From Candidatus Aenigmatarchaeota archaeon (lineage in GTDB: Archaea > Aenigmatarchaeota > Aenigmatarchaeia > CG10238-14 > SCSR01): 26,240 bases of DNA. How positions within the stretch are numbered: position 1 is the stretch's first letter; every line of letters starts with the position of its first letter. Made by a program: the position numbers and the translations under genes. This document shows positions 7,586 to 16,145 of this stretch, piece after piece. The notes under the pieces were generated by a model. The model was not told the DNA's origin, searched no databases, and saw nothing but the letters and a program-made list of their open reading frames with translations. The DNA lies in assembly GCA_039091335.1 (NCBI GenBank), contig JAWCME010000003.1, forward strand, positions 40,801-67,040, in the 5' to 3' direction.

Positions 7586-9426
7586 TTTTTTGCTCCTATT
7601 GCGTTTTGAGGACAAACTTGAATGCACACGCCACATCCCGTGCACAATTCTTCATCTATTATAAAGTTGCCCTCTGTTTTCTTTATTGCTGGACAGCCAA
7701 ACTCTTTTAAGCAAATGCCGCATCTATTACATATGTTTTTATCTATCTCAAACTTGGGTATGGATATTCCCTCTTTTCTCATCTTTCTAATAGCAGTAAG
7801 CCTACATTCTTTTCTCGAAATTATAACAGAAGCTTCATTTTTTTCAATAAATTCCTTTACCTTTTCTTTCATCTCTTTTAGATTAAAGGGATTAACAATT
7901 GCTAAATTTTCAACTCCACATGCTTTAACTATGTCCTCGATCTTTATCTCCTTTGTTTTTTCTCCAACCCCTGTTACTCCAGAGCCGGGATGTGGTTGAT
8001 GGCCTGTCATTGCTGTTACCTTGTTATCAAGTATTATAATCAATGGATTAGATTTGTTATATATTATGTTTATTAGCCCCGGAAGTCCTGCGTGAAAGAA
8101 CGTTGAGTCTCCTATAAATGCTATTGTTTTTTGCTCACTAACCTTCCTTATTCCATGTGAAATTCCTTCAGAAGCCCCCATTGAAAAAACAAAATCTGTT
8201 GCTTCGATTGGAGGAAATATTCCAAGTATGTAGCAACCTATATCTCCTGCGTATGTTGCTTCTTTTCCTGCTACACTCTTTACAGCATAAAATGTTGCCC
8301 TGTGCGGACAACCAGGACAGAGTACTGGTGGTCTTCTCAAAATTTTCAATTCTTTATAATATTTAATATGTTTTTCTAAATCAATTCCATGCTTTTTTCC
8401 GGTAATCTCCCTTAATGCCAACAAAACATACTCTGTTCTTAGTTCCCCTGCTATAGGAAGTATTTCCTTTCCATATACCTTCAATTTTGGTCTTACTTCT
8501 TTTGAAATTCTAATAACACCTTCTTCTAGAAAGGGCTCTAACTCTTCAACAACAAATACCGAATCAAGCCTTTTTATGAAATTTTTGATCTTATTTTCTG
8601 GAATAGGATGCGTCAGCCCAAGTTTTAGTACTGGAAATTTTATTCCCAAATGTTTTAACGATTCCATCACATAGTTAAAGGAAACACCAGAAGTTATTAT
8701 ACCAAATTTACTTTTCATGTCTTCATAGAAAACAGGATTAATTTTTTTTGCAAACCTCTCAACCTCTTTCAACTTTTTATGAATTTCTTTGTGCGTGTCC
8801 ATTATAAACGGAGGAAAATTTCTCATTTTTATGTCTTTGATAAACTTCCCTTTTTTTTCAGTTTTTATAATTTTTCCAAGTTTTACTATTCCTCCCATAT
8901 GGCTTACTCTTGTTGTAAGCCTCAGCAAGACAGGTATTTGAAGTTTTTCTGAAATTTCAAATGCATGCTTCACAAAATCCTTGCACTCCTGAGGGTCTGA
9001 GGGCTCTAGCATTGGAAGATGGGAAATTAGAGCAAAGTATCTTGAATCTTGTTCAGATTGGGCAGAGCTCCAGCAATTAGGGTCGTCTGCAAAAACTACA
9101 ACCATACCAGCCTTCAATTTTGTATATGCTAAGGGAAAAAGAGAGTCGCAGGCAACATTCAAGCCATAGTGCTTAAAAGATACCATACTCCTTATTCCGC
9201 TTAACGCAGCTCCTGCACATGCCTCTAGAGCAACCTTTTCGTTTGTAGAGTATTCAAAATATATTCCTGTCTCATTTGCTATTCTTGCGAAAGCGTCTCC
9301 TATCTCAGACGCTGGTGTTCCCGGATAGGTTGAAGCAAATTTTACACCAGATTCGATTGCTCCTCTTACTATCGCCTCATTCCCAAGAATAAAAACTTTA
9401 TCTTTATCAGACAGAATTTTTTCCAT
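7582..9426 (-). CDS. iorA: Indolepyruvate:ferredoxin oxidoreductase alpha subunit
   Basis: LGNEAIVRGA, YPGTPASEI, NEKVALE, KHYGLNV, RPPVLCPGCPHR, GDIGCY, TPP motif IGDSTFFH...LDN..TAMTGHQP, C-terminal 2x[4Fe-4S] domain. Confidence 0.95.
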   Translation of the reverse strand: MEKILSDKDKVFILGNEAIVRGAIESGVKFASTYPGTPASEIGDAFARIANETGIYFEYSTNEKVALEACAGAALSGIRSMVSFKHYGLNVACDSLFPLAYTKLKAGMVVVFADDPNCWSSAQSEQDSRYFALISHLPMLEPSDPQECKDFVKHAFEISEKLQIPVLLRLTTRVSHMGGIVKLGKIIKTEKKGKFIKDIKMRNFPPFIMDTHKEIHKKLKEVERFAKKINPVFYEDMKSKFGIITSGVSFNYVMESLKHLGIKFPVLKLGLTHPIPENKIKNFIKRLDSVFVVEELEPFLEEGVIRISKEVRPKLKVYGKEILPIAGELRTEYVLLALREITGKKHGIDLEKHIKYYKELKILRRPPVLCPGCPHRATFYAVKSVAGKEATYAGDIGCYILGIFPPIEATDFVFSMGASEGISHGIRKVSEQKTIAFIGDSTFFHAGLPGLINIIYNKSNPLIIILDNKVTAMTGHQPHPGSGVTGVGEKTKEIKIEDIVKACGVENLAIVNPFNLKEMKEKVKEFIEKNEASVIISRKECRLTAIRKMRKEGISIPKFEIDKNICNRCGICLKEFGCPAIKKTEGNFIIDEELCTGCGVCIQVCPQNAIGAKK

Positions 9427-9447
9427 TTTTTCACGTTTTAATAATAT

Positions 9448-10662
9448 TTAATCTTTAGAATTAAAGTTATTTTTTACTTCCCTAATAACAAGGGCTAGCC
9501 TCCTAATCCCTTCTATTATTTTTTCTTCAGACATGTTACTGAAGTTTAGACGCATTGTTCTGTTGTTTTTTCTTTCAACAAAAAATGCTGAACCATGTAC
9601 AAAGGCAACTTTTTCTTTTATTGCCCTTTCAAAAATTTCGGATGTGTTGATTCTTAAATTTTTTGGAAGTTCCACCCAAACAAAAAGCCCTCCCTCTGGA
9701 ATTGTATAATTTGTGCCTTCTGGAAAATATTTTTTAATTGAATCTATCATCAAGTCCCTTTTTCTTTTATAAATTCTCCTTATCTTCTCTACCTGTTTTT
9801 CTATTGCTCCAGAGCGAATGTATTCATAGGCTATTTGTTGGGAAAAAGCATTTGAGCAAAGGTCTGCTCCTTGTTTTGCTAAAACAATTTTATCTATTAT
9901 GTCTTCTCTACCAACAACCCATCCAAGCCTTAGCGCCGGGGAAAGAATTTTTGAAAATGTGCTTGTATAGGTCACAAGACCCAATTTGTCCATAGATTTG
10001 ATTGGATAAAGTGGTTTTTTTGAATAATATAAGAATCTATACGCATCGTCTTCTATTATTGGAATTTCGTTTTCATAAGAAATCTCGAGAAGGTGTTTTC
10101 TTCTTTCATGGCTCATCGTTATCCCTGTCGGGTTCTGGAAGTTTGGTATTGTATAGATGAATTTAATTTTTCTTCCTTTCGCTTTTTCTTCCTTTATTTT
10201 CTTTTCAAGATACTCTGTCAAAATTCCTTCATCGTCCATAGGAACTCCTAAATATCTTGGTTGATAGGAGTTGAAAGCACATATTGCCCCAATATAGGTT
10301 GGGAGTTCTACGGCAATTATATCCCCAGGGTTTATAAATATTTTACCTATAAGGTCTAAGGCCTGTTGTGAACCTGTTGTTATTATTATTTCATTAATCC
10401 CACATCTTATTCCAATTTTTCTCATCATTTTAGTAAGCTCTTTTCTTAACTCAATGAATCCCTCGGTGGTACCATACTGTAATGCACTTTCCCATCTTTC
10501 ATTCAAAATTTTTTTTATTATTTTCCTTATTTCACTCACAGGAAAAGAGTCTGTACCAGGCATCCCTCCTCCAAAAGAAATAATATCCTTTTTTTCAGTG
10601 ACTTTAAGTAACTCCCTTATTTCAGACGCCTTCATAAACTTAACTCTTTCTGCAAACTCCAT
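9448..10662 (-). CDS. PLP-dependent class I aminotransferase (aromatic amino acid / 2-aminoadipate type)
   Basis: ASEIRELL, ISFGGGMP, LQYG, TTGSQQAL, PNFQNPTG, EDDAY, STFSKILSPALRLGW (PLP lysine), MRLNFS; directly upstream of iorAB. Confidence 0.92.
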   Translation of the reverse strand: MEFAERVKFMKASEIRELLKVTEKKDIISFGGGMPGTDSFPVSEIRKIIKKILNERWESALQYGTTEGFIELRKELTKMMRKIGIRCGINEIIITTGSQQALDLIGKIFINPGDIIAVELPTYIGAICAFNSYQPRYLGVPMDDEGILTEYLEKKIKEEKAKGRKIKFIYTIPNFQNPTGITMSHERRKHLLEISYENEIPIIEDDAYRFLYYSKKPLYPIKSMDKLGLVTYTSTFSKILSPALRLGWVVGREDIIDKIVLAKQGADLCSNAFSQQIAYEYIRSGAIEKQVEKIRRIYKRKRDLMIDSIKKYFPEGTNYTIPEGGLFVWVELPKNLRINTSEIFERAIKEKVAFVHGSAFFVERKNNRTMRLNFSNMSEEKIIEGIRRLALVIREVKNNFNSKD

Positions 10663-10769
10663 TCTCTCTAATTTTCATTTATTTTTTTGAAATTTTATTT
10701 TTCTTGCATCAATGTTTAAATATTCGTTAAAAACCAATATTTAATAAAAAAGGTGAAGGAGGTTAAAAA

Positions 10770-10937
10770 ATGGCACTGGCTGTTAAATCTGCGGTTAGGG
10801 GACTATTAGGAAAGGGAATAAGAGTAAGTGAAGATTTTTGGAAGGAATTGGACGAAAGAATTAAATGGAAGGTTAAGAGGGCCACAGAAAGGGCAAAGGC
10901 AAATGGAAGAAAGACTGTAAGGGCTTGTGATTTATAA
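10770..10937 (+). CDS. Small histone-fold protein (55 aa, truncated helix-3 type)
   Basis: Below the ORF-track cutoff. MALAVKSAVRGLLGKGIRVSEDFWKELDERIKWKVKRATERAKANGRKTVRACDL, with the RVS loop-1 and RAKANGRKTVxxxDL loop-2 histone motifs; strong RBS AGGTGAAGGAGG upstream. Confidence 0.85.
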   Translation: MALAVKSAVRGLLGKGIRVSEDFWKELDERIKWKVKRATERAKANGRKTVRACDL

Positions 10938-10961
10938 ACTAATATTTCAAAAATTCAAGGA

Positions 10962-11531
10962 ATGGAAATGAAAGTAATAGGGGTAACAGGAACTATTGGG
11001 TCTGGAAAAAGCATAGTTAGAGAGTTTTTAATTAAAAGATTCAACTGCTATTGTGTTTTACTCTCTTCTGTAATTAAAACAGAGGGCAGAAAGAAAAAAA
11101 CAAGCAGGCGAGAATTGCAGGATTTAGGTAATGAATTGAGAAAGAAGTATGGAGCCCACATACTAGCAAAGCTTGCTGTGGATTATTTGCAAAAAAACAA
11201 GGAGATGGCGGTAATAGATGGAATAAGGAATCCTGCTGAAGCCGAATTCTTAAAAAAAACTTTTGGAAACAATTTTTTCCTAATAGCGGTTGATGCCCCA
11301 AAAGAAATTAGATTTGAAAGACTTTTAAAAAGGGGAACTGAAAGGGATCCAAAAAACTATGAGGAATTTATTGAAATGGATGAAAGAGAAATGGGAAAAG
11401 GAGAGCCAGAATACGGACAGCAAGTTGAAAAGTGTATGAAGATGGCAGATTTTCTACTAATAAACGATGGAAGAATAGAAGAAGTTGAAAGCAAGTTAGA
11501 TGAAATATTAAAAAAGATAATGGCTAAGTAA
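10962..11531 (+). CDS. P-loop nucleoside monophosphate / dephospho-CoA kinase-like protein
   Basis: GVTGTIGSGKS Walker A, LQDLGNELR, VIDGIRNPAE, DAPKEIRFER lid, ADFLLINDG. Confidence 0.8.
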   Translation: MEMKVIGVTGTIGSGKSIVREFLIKRFNCYCVLLSSVIKTEGRKKKTSRRELQDLGNELRKKYGAHILAKLAVDYLQKNKEMAVIDGIRNPAEAEFLKKTFGNNFFLIAVDAPKEIRFERLLKRGTERDPKNYEEFIEMDEREMGKGEPEYGQQVEKCMKMADFLLINDGRIEEVESKLDEILKKIMAK

Positions 11532-12084
11532 AATCTTTGAATATCTTGCTCTCTTCTATTTTTCTTTGTTTTTGATATTTTGCGTCTCTTTTTAAGTAAT
11601 ATGGTTTTTCTGCTGGAGAAGTTAGTTTGTGTAGAACTAGTTTACATATTCTCATTCCAGGATAGAGCGCAACTGGCATTTTTCCAACATTTATTATTTC
11701 AAGCGTGAATACGCCTTCCCATCCCGGATTTATTCCGGCAGCAGTTGCATGAACCACTATACCAAGCCTTCCTAGGCTACTCCTTCCATCAACAACTCCC
11801 ATCAAATCATCTGGAACTTTTATGTACTCTTTTGTACTTGCAAGAACAAATTCCCCTGGATGAATAATAAACGGTTCGCCTTCTTTCACTATTATTGTTT
11901 CTGTATACCCGTCTACAAAATATTTTATGTCTATATACGGAGTAGAAATTGTTTTAAAAATTTTAAACTCGTTTCCAAGCCTTAAGTCTATCCAAGCCCC
12001 CTCTATTTGGTCTTCTTCCAGCGGATCTATTTTTATTCTCCCATCTTTCAAATATTTTTTTATATCCTTGTCCGAAAGTATCAT
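11524..12084 (-). CDS. dcd: dCTP deaminase
   Basis: MILSDKDI, IDLRLG, IHPGEFVLAST, GRSSLGRLG, AAGINPGWEG..TLEI, LYPGMRICKL, KYQKQ. Confidence 0.94.
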   Translation of the reverse strand: MILSDKDIKKYLKDGRIKIDPLEEDQIEGAWIDLRLGNEFKIFKTISTPYIDIKYFVDGYTETIIVKEGEPFIIHPGEFVLASTKEYIKVPDDLMGVVDGRSSLGRLGIVVHATAAGINPGWEGVFTLEIINVGKMPVALYPGMRICKLVLHKLTSPAEKPYYLKRDAKYQKQRKIEESKIFKDFT

Positions 12085-12086
12085 AA

Positions 12087-12860
12087 CTAAACCTCAAATA
12101 TACTTTTTATTTGCTCATAAACGTCTTCATATATGTTCATTGAGACCGCAAAGTGGTTATAGCTTCCAACTCCAACACCAATTTTTTCTGCCATGTGTTT
12201 TTGTAGCTCTGTTAAAGCAAATGCATTTAGAGGGAATGCATTGAAAAGATCGTTTGTTTTCATTACAACAAAAAGATGAAGCTTTCCTTCGATTATTTGT
12301 GGGTGAATATAAACTATACAAGGGGAGGATGTTTTTTCCCTCTTTGGGCCAAATTTAATAGAATCCCTAGAAGGAATCCAACTTATAAGCACAACACTTC
12401 TTCTTGAAGGGTCTTTTTTAAGTGTATCTATTGCAAGTTGAACTTGGTCTATTACTCTAGCTATACATTTCCCCCCAGAAAGTTTTTCTGCTATATTCCC
12501 AACTTCTTCTTCTTTTGTAACGTTTGGCCAGTTTGCCCTTACATCGCAGTCAGGATAACATCTAAACCTTCCAAAATAAGTGTAATCAAATGCATTCTCC
12601 TTCTCTTTATCTTCCATGCCGAAAATTACGTTCTTTGAGTATTCTTCTGCCTGTCCTTTTTGTACTGGTGCTTTTGGATGAATCCTCGGTTCTTTTAAAG
12701 GAGTCTTAACCGAAATAAAAACAGGCATGTCTTTTTGGTAACAAGAATAGTCTGGCGCTTTTATGAATCTTTCAAATCCATTTTTCATAACTTCTTTCAC
12801 AGTTTTTTCCCATGCCTCTCCAAGCGTTTCTGCCTGAATCAGTATTGGTTGATATTCCAT
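12087..12860 (-). CDS. thyA: Thymidylate synthase family protein (archaeal ThyA type, divergent)
   Basis: TLGEAWE, FDYTY, IDQV, DPSRR, SPC catalytic Cys, MKTNDLFNAFPLN, SMNIY; 2 nt upstream of dcd. Confidence 0.82.
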   Translation of the reverse strand: MEYQPILIQAETLGEAWEKTVKEVMKNGFERFIKAPDYSCYQKDMPVFISVKTPLKEPRIHPKAPVQKGQAEEYSKNVIFGMEDKEKENAFDYTYFGRFRCYPDCDVRANWPNVTKEEEVGNIAEKLSGGKCIARVIDQVQLAIDTLKKDPSRRSVVLISWIPSRDSIKFGPKREKTSSPCIVYIHPQIIEGKLHLFVVMKTNDLFNAFPLNAFALTELQKHMAEKIGVGVGSYNHFAVSMNIYEDVYEQIKSIFEV

Positions 12861-12891
12861 ATTCTAACCTTTAAGCAAAATTGTAATTCAA

Positions 12892-12907
12892 TACTTAAAT
12901 AATTTTC
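12892..12907 (-). promoter_or_regulatory. Candidate BRE-TATA promoter for thyA-dcd
   Basis: Minus strand GAAAATTATTTAAGTA, ending about 30 nt upstream of the thyA ATG. Confidence 0.35.
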
Positions 12908-12911
12908 ATCT

Positions 12912-12933
12912 CAGTTAAATTCAAATTTAACTG
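12912..12933. repeat. Perfect 10-bp inverted repeat with a 2-nt spacer
   Basis: CAGTTAAATT-CA-AATTTAACTG between the mtrA-like gene and thyA. Confidence 0.8.
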
Positions 12934-12964
12934 GAATAATTTTTTGAGAATTCAATTCATAAAC

Positions 12965-13795
12965 TCATTTGTCTTGCTCGTATGGTGTCCTGTTTTTCAA
13001 AGCATTTTCTGCCTTTTGTAGTTCCCTCCCAAGGTATGCCGCGTGTTCTAGTCTAGAGACAAGTCCTTCTCTTATAATTGTGTGACAGATTTCTTCTGCT
13101 GTTTTCCCTTCTATAATTTTATTAAGTTTGTGGGACTTCATGCATCTCCTCCACTCACCATCATATCTTTTCAATTCTTCTTCGTCCCACTCAGCTGTAT
13201 AGTGTTCCACTACTATCTTTCCATCTTCTTGTTTTAAAAAAATTGTAAAAAACCCCTTTGGGTCAAGAACAACATCCTTAGCTTCCTCATGAGTTGCTTT
13301 TATTGGTTTAATAATTTCAACTTTGATCGAGGAATCAAATGGTCCTGGATTATTTTTAACACATTCTTCCACTTTATTCAAAATTTCTTCCAATTTTTCG
13401 CAACCTATCAAGTCAACTATTTTCACCTGTTTTCTAAACAGCTCTATTTCTTCGTTCTTCAAATTTTTTAGATAAGGCATCGCTCCTATTGCTCCGATTA
13501 TTTTTCCCTCACCATCAACCCCGTTTTCAACCAAACACTTTAGAGCTTGCCCAACATAGTGTCCTTTTGGCTCTTCGCCGCAAACAATCAAAAACCTTAT
13601 GAGTGGGTTAGAAACAATGTTTTTAACTATTCTTTCTATGCCGATATTCTCAGTTACGGCCTTTCCAACAATCGCAATTTTTTCTGAATTAATCTTTTCG
13701 ATTAGCTCAAGACTTGAAAGCGTACAAACAGCAACGCAAGATTGTTTATTCAAAACTTTATATCTTCCAGGTAAAACGGGCCATTCTTGATTCAT
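12965..13795 (-). CDS. Soluble MtrA-like corrinoid-binding domain fused to DUF4346
   Basis: WPVLPGRY, VAVCTLSS, TENIGIERIVKNIVSNPLIRFLIVCG, GHYVGQAL (cobamide His), IIGAIGAMPYLKN, FRKQV indicate MtrA. DPKGFF and HAAYLGRELQKAE..YEQD indicate DUF4346. No membrane anchor. Confidence 0.85.
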   Translation of the reverse strand: MNQEWPVLPGRYKVLNKQSCVAVCTLSSLELIEKINSEKIAIVGKAVTENIGIERIVKNIVSNPLIRFLIVCGEEPKGHYVGQALKCLVENGVDGEGKIIGAIGAMPYLKNLKNEEIELFRKQVKIVDLIGCEKLEEILNKVEECVKNNPGPFDSSIKVEIIKPIKATHEEAKDVVLDPKGFFTIFLKQEDGKIVVEHYTAEWDEEELKRYDGEWRRCMKSHKLNKIIEGKTAEEICHTIIREGLVSRLEHAAYLGRELQKAENALKNRTPYEQDK

Positions 13796-13819
13796 TGATA
13801 TTTAATTTGGATGTTAAAC

Positions 13820-15016
13820 TTAAAATTTACTAAAAACACCTTTTAAATAACTAAGCAAACCTCTCCTCTTTTTTTCTTCCCTTTTCTTAAGAATGTTCAA
13901 AACCTTTTTTATAGTTTTTTCTGCTTCTTCTGCTTTATGTTTATCGTTTCCTATCCCAGAGCTATTACCAACCCCAACCACAATAATTTTCCCTTTTGTC
14001 CTTCTTATATTATCCTCTATTAGCCCAATAACTTTTTTAATAGATGCAACTATTTCTTTTTTCATTGGTTGTACCGCTTCCTCCTGACTCATCTTAATAA
14101 CAATAGAGTCTAATGGTATGTTTTTCTTTACAGCTATGTTCTCTATATACGACTTATCAATACCTATTCCTCCTATCGCAACCCCTATACCTTCTGCTAT
14201 TCCTCCTGTTTTTTCCCCCTCTAGCTTTAGCGATGCGTCAATAGTAATTATTTTTGAAATTCTTTCCTTTCTTACAATTTTTTCAACTGCTTTTCCCAGT
14301 CTTCCAAGCCTTCCTCCAGGACCCCTTGCTTTTATAAGAAAAACGTCTCTCCCAAAAATTTTCCTTTTAGCAACAACAGTATCTTCTTCTATTTCCTTTA
14401 CCTTTGCATTACCTATTAAGTGAGCAACAACCAAACTCCCTATACCGTCTCCTATTGGCCACCCGTTTGTGAGAGATTCCGTCCCACTAAGAAGCGCCTT
14501 TGCCAATTTTTCTAGCGTTGGAACATACATTTGAAGGAGAAATGCTAGCTGAAGGTTTTTGGTTTTTCTTATCGTTTCAACATAGTGCCTAACTATCTTT
14601 GAAATTTGATTAAGAGACATGGTTGCAGAAAGTCCCATTAAAACATTTGCTTGCTCTTCTGAATCTAAGTTTGGTGCAATTGTCTTGACAAAATACTTGA
14701 ACCTTTTTTCTTGTAGCATAACGATATGCTCTATCTTTTTAATTATCCCAAAGGGGTCTAGACTTACCGGCTCTATCACAAAGAATTCAAGGAAGTTGTT
14801 TATTTTATCTTTCAAATCCTTTCTTGGTTTTTTTGATATTTTTTTAATTACAATTTTTTTCCCTTTTAATGTTAAATTTCTTAGAAGTTTTGCAGACTCT
14901 TCAAGTCTCCAAAGCATCTGCCAGACTATTATCTTTGAATAGAAAAAGAAGAATATTATGAGGAGTATAAACGAAATTATATTGCCTATTCCAATCTCTC
15001 CTATTTGATAAAACAT
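13820..15016 (-). CDS. Conserved archaeal DUF1512-family protein with an N-terminal membrane helix
   Basis: FVIEPVSLDPFGII, PIGDGIGSLV, KARGPGGRLG, ITIDASLKLEGEKTG..AEGIGVAIGG, GVGNSSGIG. Start reassigned to ATG 15016 after GGTGGAGAG; the longer ORF overlaps the divergent gene. Confidence 0.75.
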   Translation of the reverse strand: MFYQIGEIGIGNIISFILLIIFFFFYSKIIVWQMLWRLEESAKLLRNLTLKGKKIVIKKISKKPRKDLKDKINNFLEFFVIEPVSLDPFGIIKKIEHIVMLQEKRFKYFVKTIAPNLDSEEQANVLMGLSATMSLNQISKIVRHYVETIRKTKNLQLAFLLQMYVPTLEKLAKALLSGTESLTNGWPIGDGIGSLVVAHLIGNAKVKEIEEDTVVAKRKIFGRDVFLIKARGPGGRLGRLGKAVEKIVRKERISKIITIDASLKLEGEKTGGIAEGIGVAIGGIGIDKSYIENIAVKKNIPLDSIVIKMSQEEAVQPMKKEIVASIKKVIGLIEDNIRRTKGKIIVVGVGNSSGIGNDKHKAEEAEKTIKKVLNILKKREEKKRRGLLSYLKGVFSKF

Positions 15017-15081
15017 CTCTCCACCATTTAAAAAGTTTATTATGTAATAATATATTAGTAAATTTATTAATTTGGGATTGG

Positions 15082-15750
15082 ATGAAGTGGAAAGCCATAC
15101 TCGCAGTTCTGTTGTTGCTTGGTATATTTGGCCTATTTTTTGCAAAGGGTAAAACATATATAGACCTGCTTAGTAGACGTGTTGGAGAATTTGTGGACAT
15201 AATATTAAGAAAACCTCCCTCGGGCCTATTCTCATTTTCATTAACAACAGAAAAAGAAACCTTTTATGGACAAAAATATAAATTACACAACTTTACGTTT
15301 TCCTTCAGAGGATTATACAATTCTTTGAAGGTAGATGGTAGAAAAATAGGATTAAAGGAAGAAAAAGAAATTGAAATTAATTTGAAAGGCAGCGAAGGAA
15401 GCTTTGAATTAATGAATGATGGGAACATAAGAATTGAATGCTATTCTGAGTATATAGAGATTGACAATGTTATATTCTCTGAGGTAAATTCTAAGATTGA
15501 GATGGAAGCACCAATATCAAACTTTTTAATTACCGGTATAGAGAAGGATGAAATAATATTACAGCCTGTTAAGGGCAGTATAAAAATATTTAGAAATAAC
15601 TTAGAGCCTAGCACGATTAATGTAGAAGGGGAAAGGGTTGAAATTAAAAATTTCTATGGAAAATTAAATTTAAACAATGAAGAATGTACTCTTTTAGGAG
15701 ATGCCAGTTCAATCAAAGGAAAAAACTTTAGCTTTACTTCTTCCAGCTAA
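15082..15750 (+). CDS. Hypothetical protein with an N-terminal signal/membrane anchor
   Basis: 222-aa ORF, MKWK plus hydrophobic stretch, beta-rich remainder; no recognised motif. Confidence 0.65.
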   Translation: MKWKAILAVLLLLGIFGLFFAKGKTYIDLLSRRVGEFVDIILRKPPSGLFSFSLTTEKETFYGQKYKLHNFTFSFRGLYNSLKVDGRKIGLKEEKEIEINLKGSEGSFELMNDGNIRIECYSEYIEIDNVIFSEVNSKIEMEAPISNFLITGIEKDEIILQPVKGSIKIFRNNLEPSTINVEGERVEIKNFYGKLNLNNEECTLLGDASSIKGKNFSFTSSS

Positions 15751-15790
15751 ATTATATTAAGCTGAAAAACAAAATAATAAATTAGGTGAT

Positions 15791-16123
15791 GTGGTGGGTT
15801 TAATTGATAGTTTTTTAAGCCGAATCAAGAAAGGTGGGGACGAGCATATTGAGATACCCGAAGAAGAGGAAGGAAAAAAAGAAGTAATTGTGCGAGTTGA
15901 GACACTAAGGGACTTTGTTGACACAGACAGAATATCAAGACTTGTTAAAGATGGAAATATAGTTTTTGTTAAGACAGCAGAAATTCAAAGACATGACCTA
16001 GGAGAATTCAAAAATTCTGTAGAGAAATTGAAGAGGAATTGCAGACAGTTTGGATGGGATATAGTGGGTGTTGAGGAGGGCTACTTAATTTTAACTCCAC
16101 CATTCGCAAAAGTAGAAAGATAG
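15791..16123 (+). CDS. sepF: Cell division protein SepF (archaeal type)
   Basis: N-terminal amphipathic helix (GLIDSFLSRIK), acidic linker, VKDGNIVFV, VEKLKR, GWDIVGV, LILTP; AGGTGA upstream. Confidence 0.82.
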   Translation: MVGLIDSFLSRIKKGGDEHIEIPEEEEGKKEVIVRVETLRDFVDTDRISRLVKDGNIVFVKTAEIQRHDLGEFKNSVEKLKRNCRQFGWDIVGVEEGYLILTPPFAKVER

Positions 16124-16145
16124 TTTTTGAATAAGTTTTTTAATT

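Noticed and set aside
2833..10690. Numerous short opposite-strand or off-frame ORFs within the nrd, ior and aminotransferase genes (e.g. 4038-4307, 4424-4816, 5081-5410, 5437-5736, 6284-6520, 6878-7219, 7622-7999)
   Set aside because: Fully overlap well-supported genes, have Phe/Ser/Leu-rich antisense composition and no motifs; 6284-6520 is antisense to the NrdR domain.
12965..13795. Evidence for methanogenesis from mtrA
   Set aside because: No membrane anchor and no other mtr or mcr genes in the window; a lone MtrA-like domain does not imply the pathway.
15017..15157. Long N-terminal extension of the DUF1512 ORF (similarly the extensions at 7586-7645, 16996-17274 and 20677-20751)
   Set aside because: They overlap neighbouring genes or promoter DNA; downstream starts fit the domain boundaries better.
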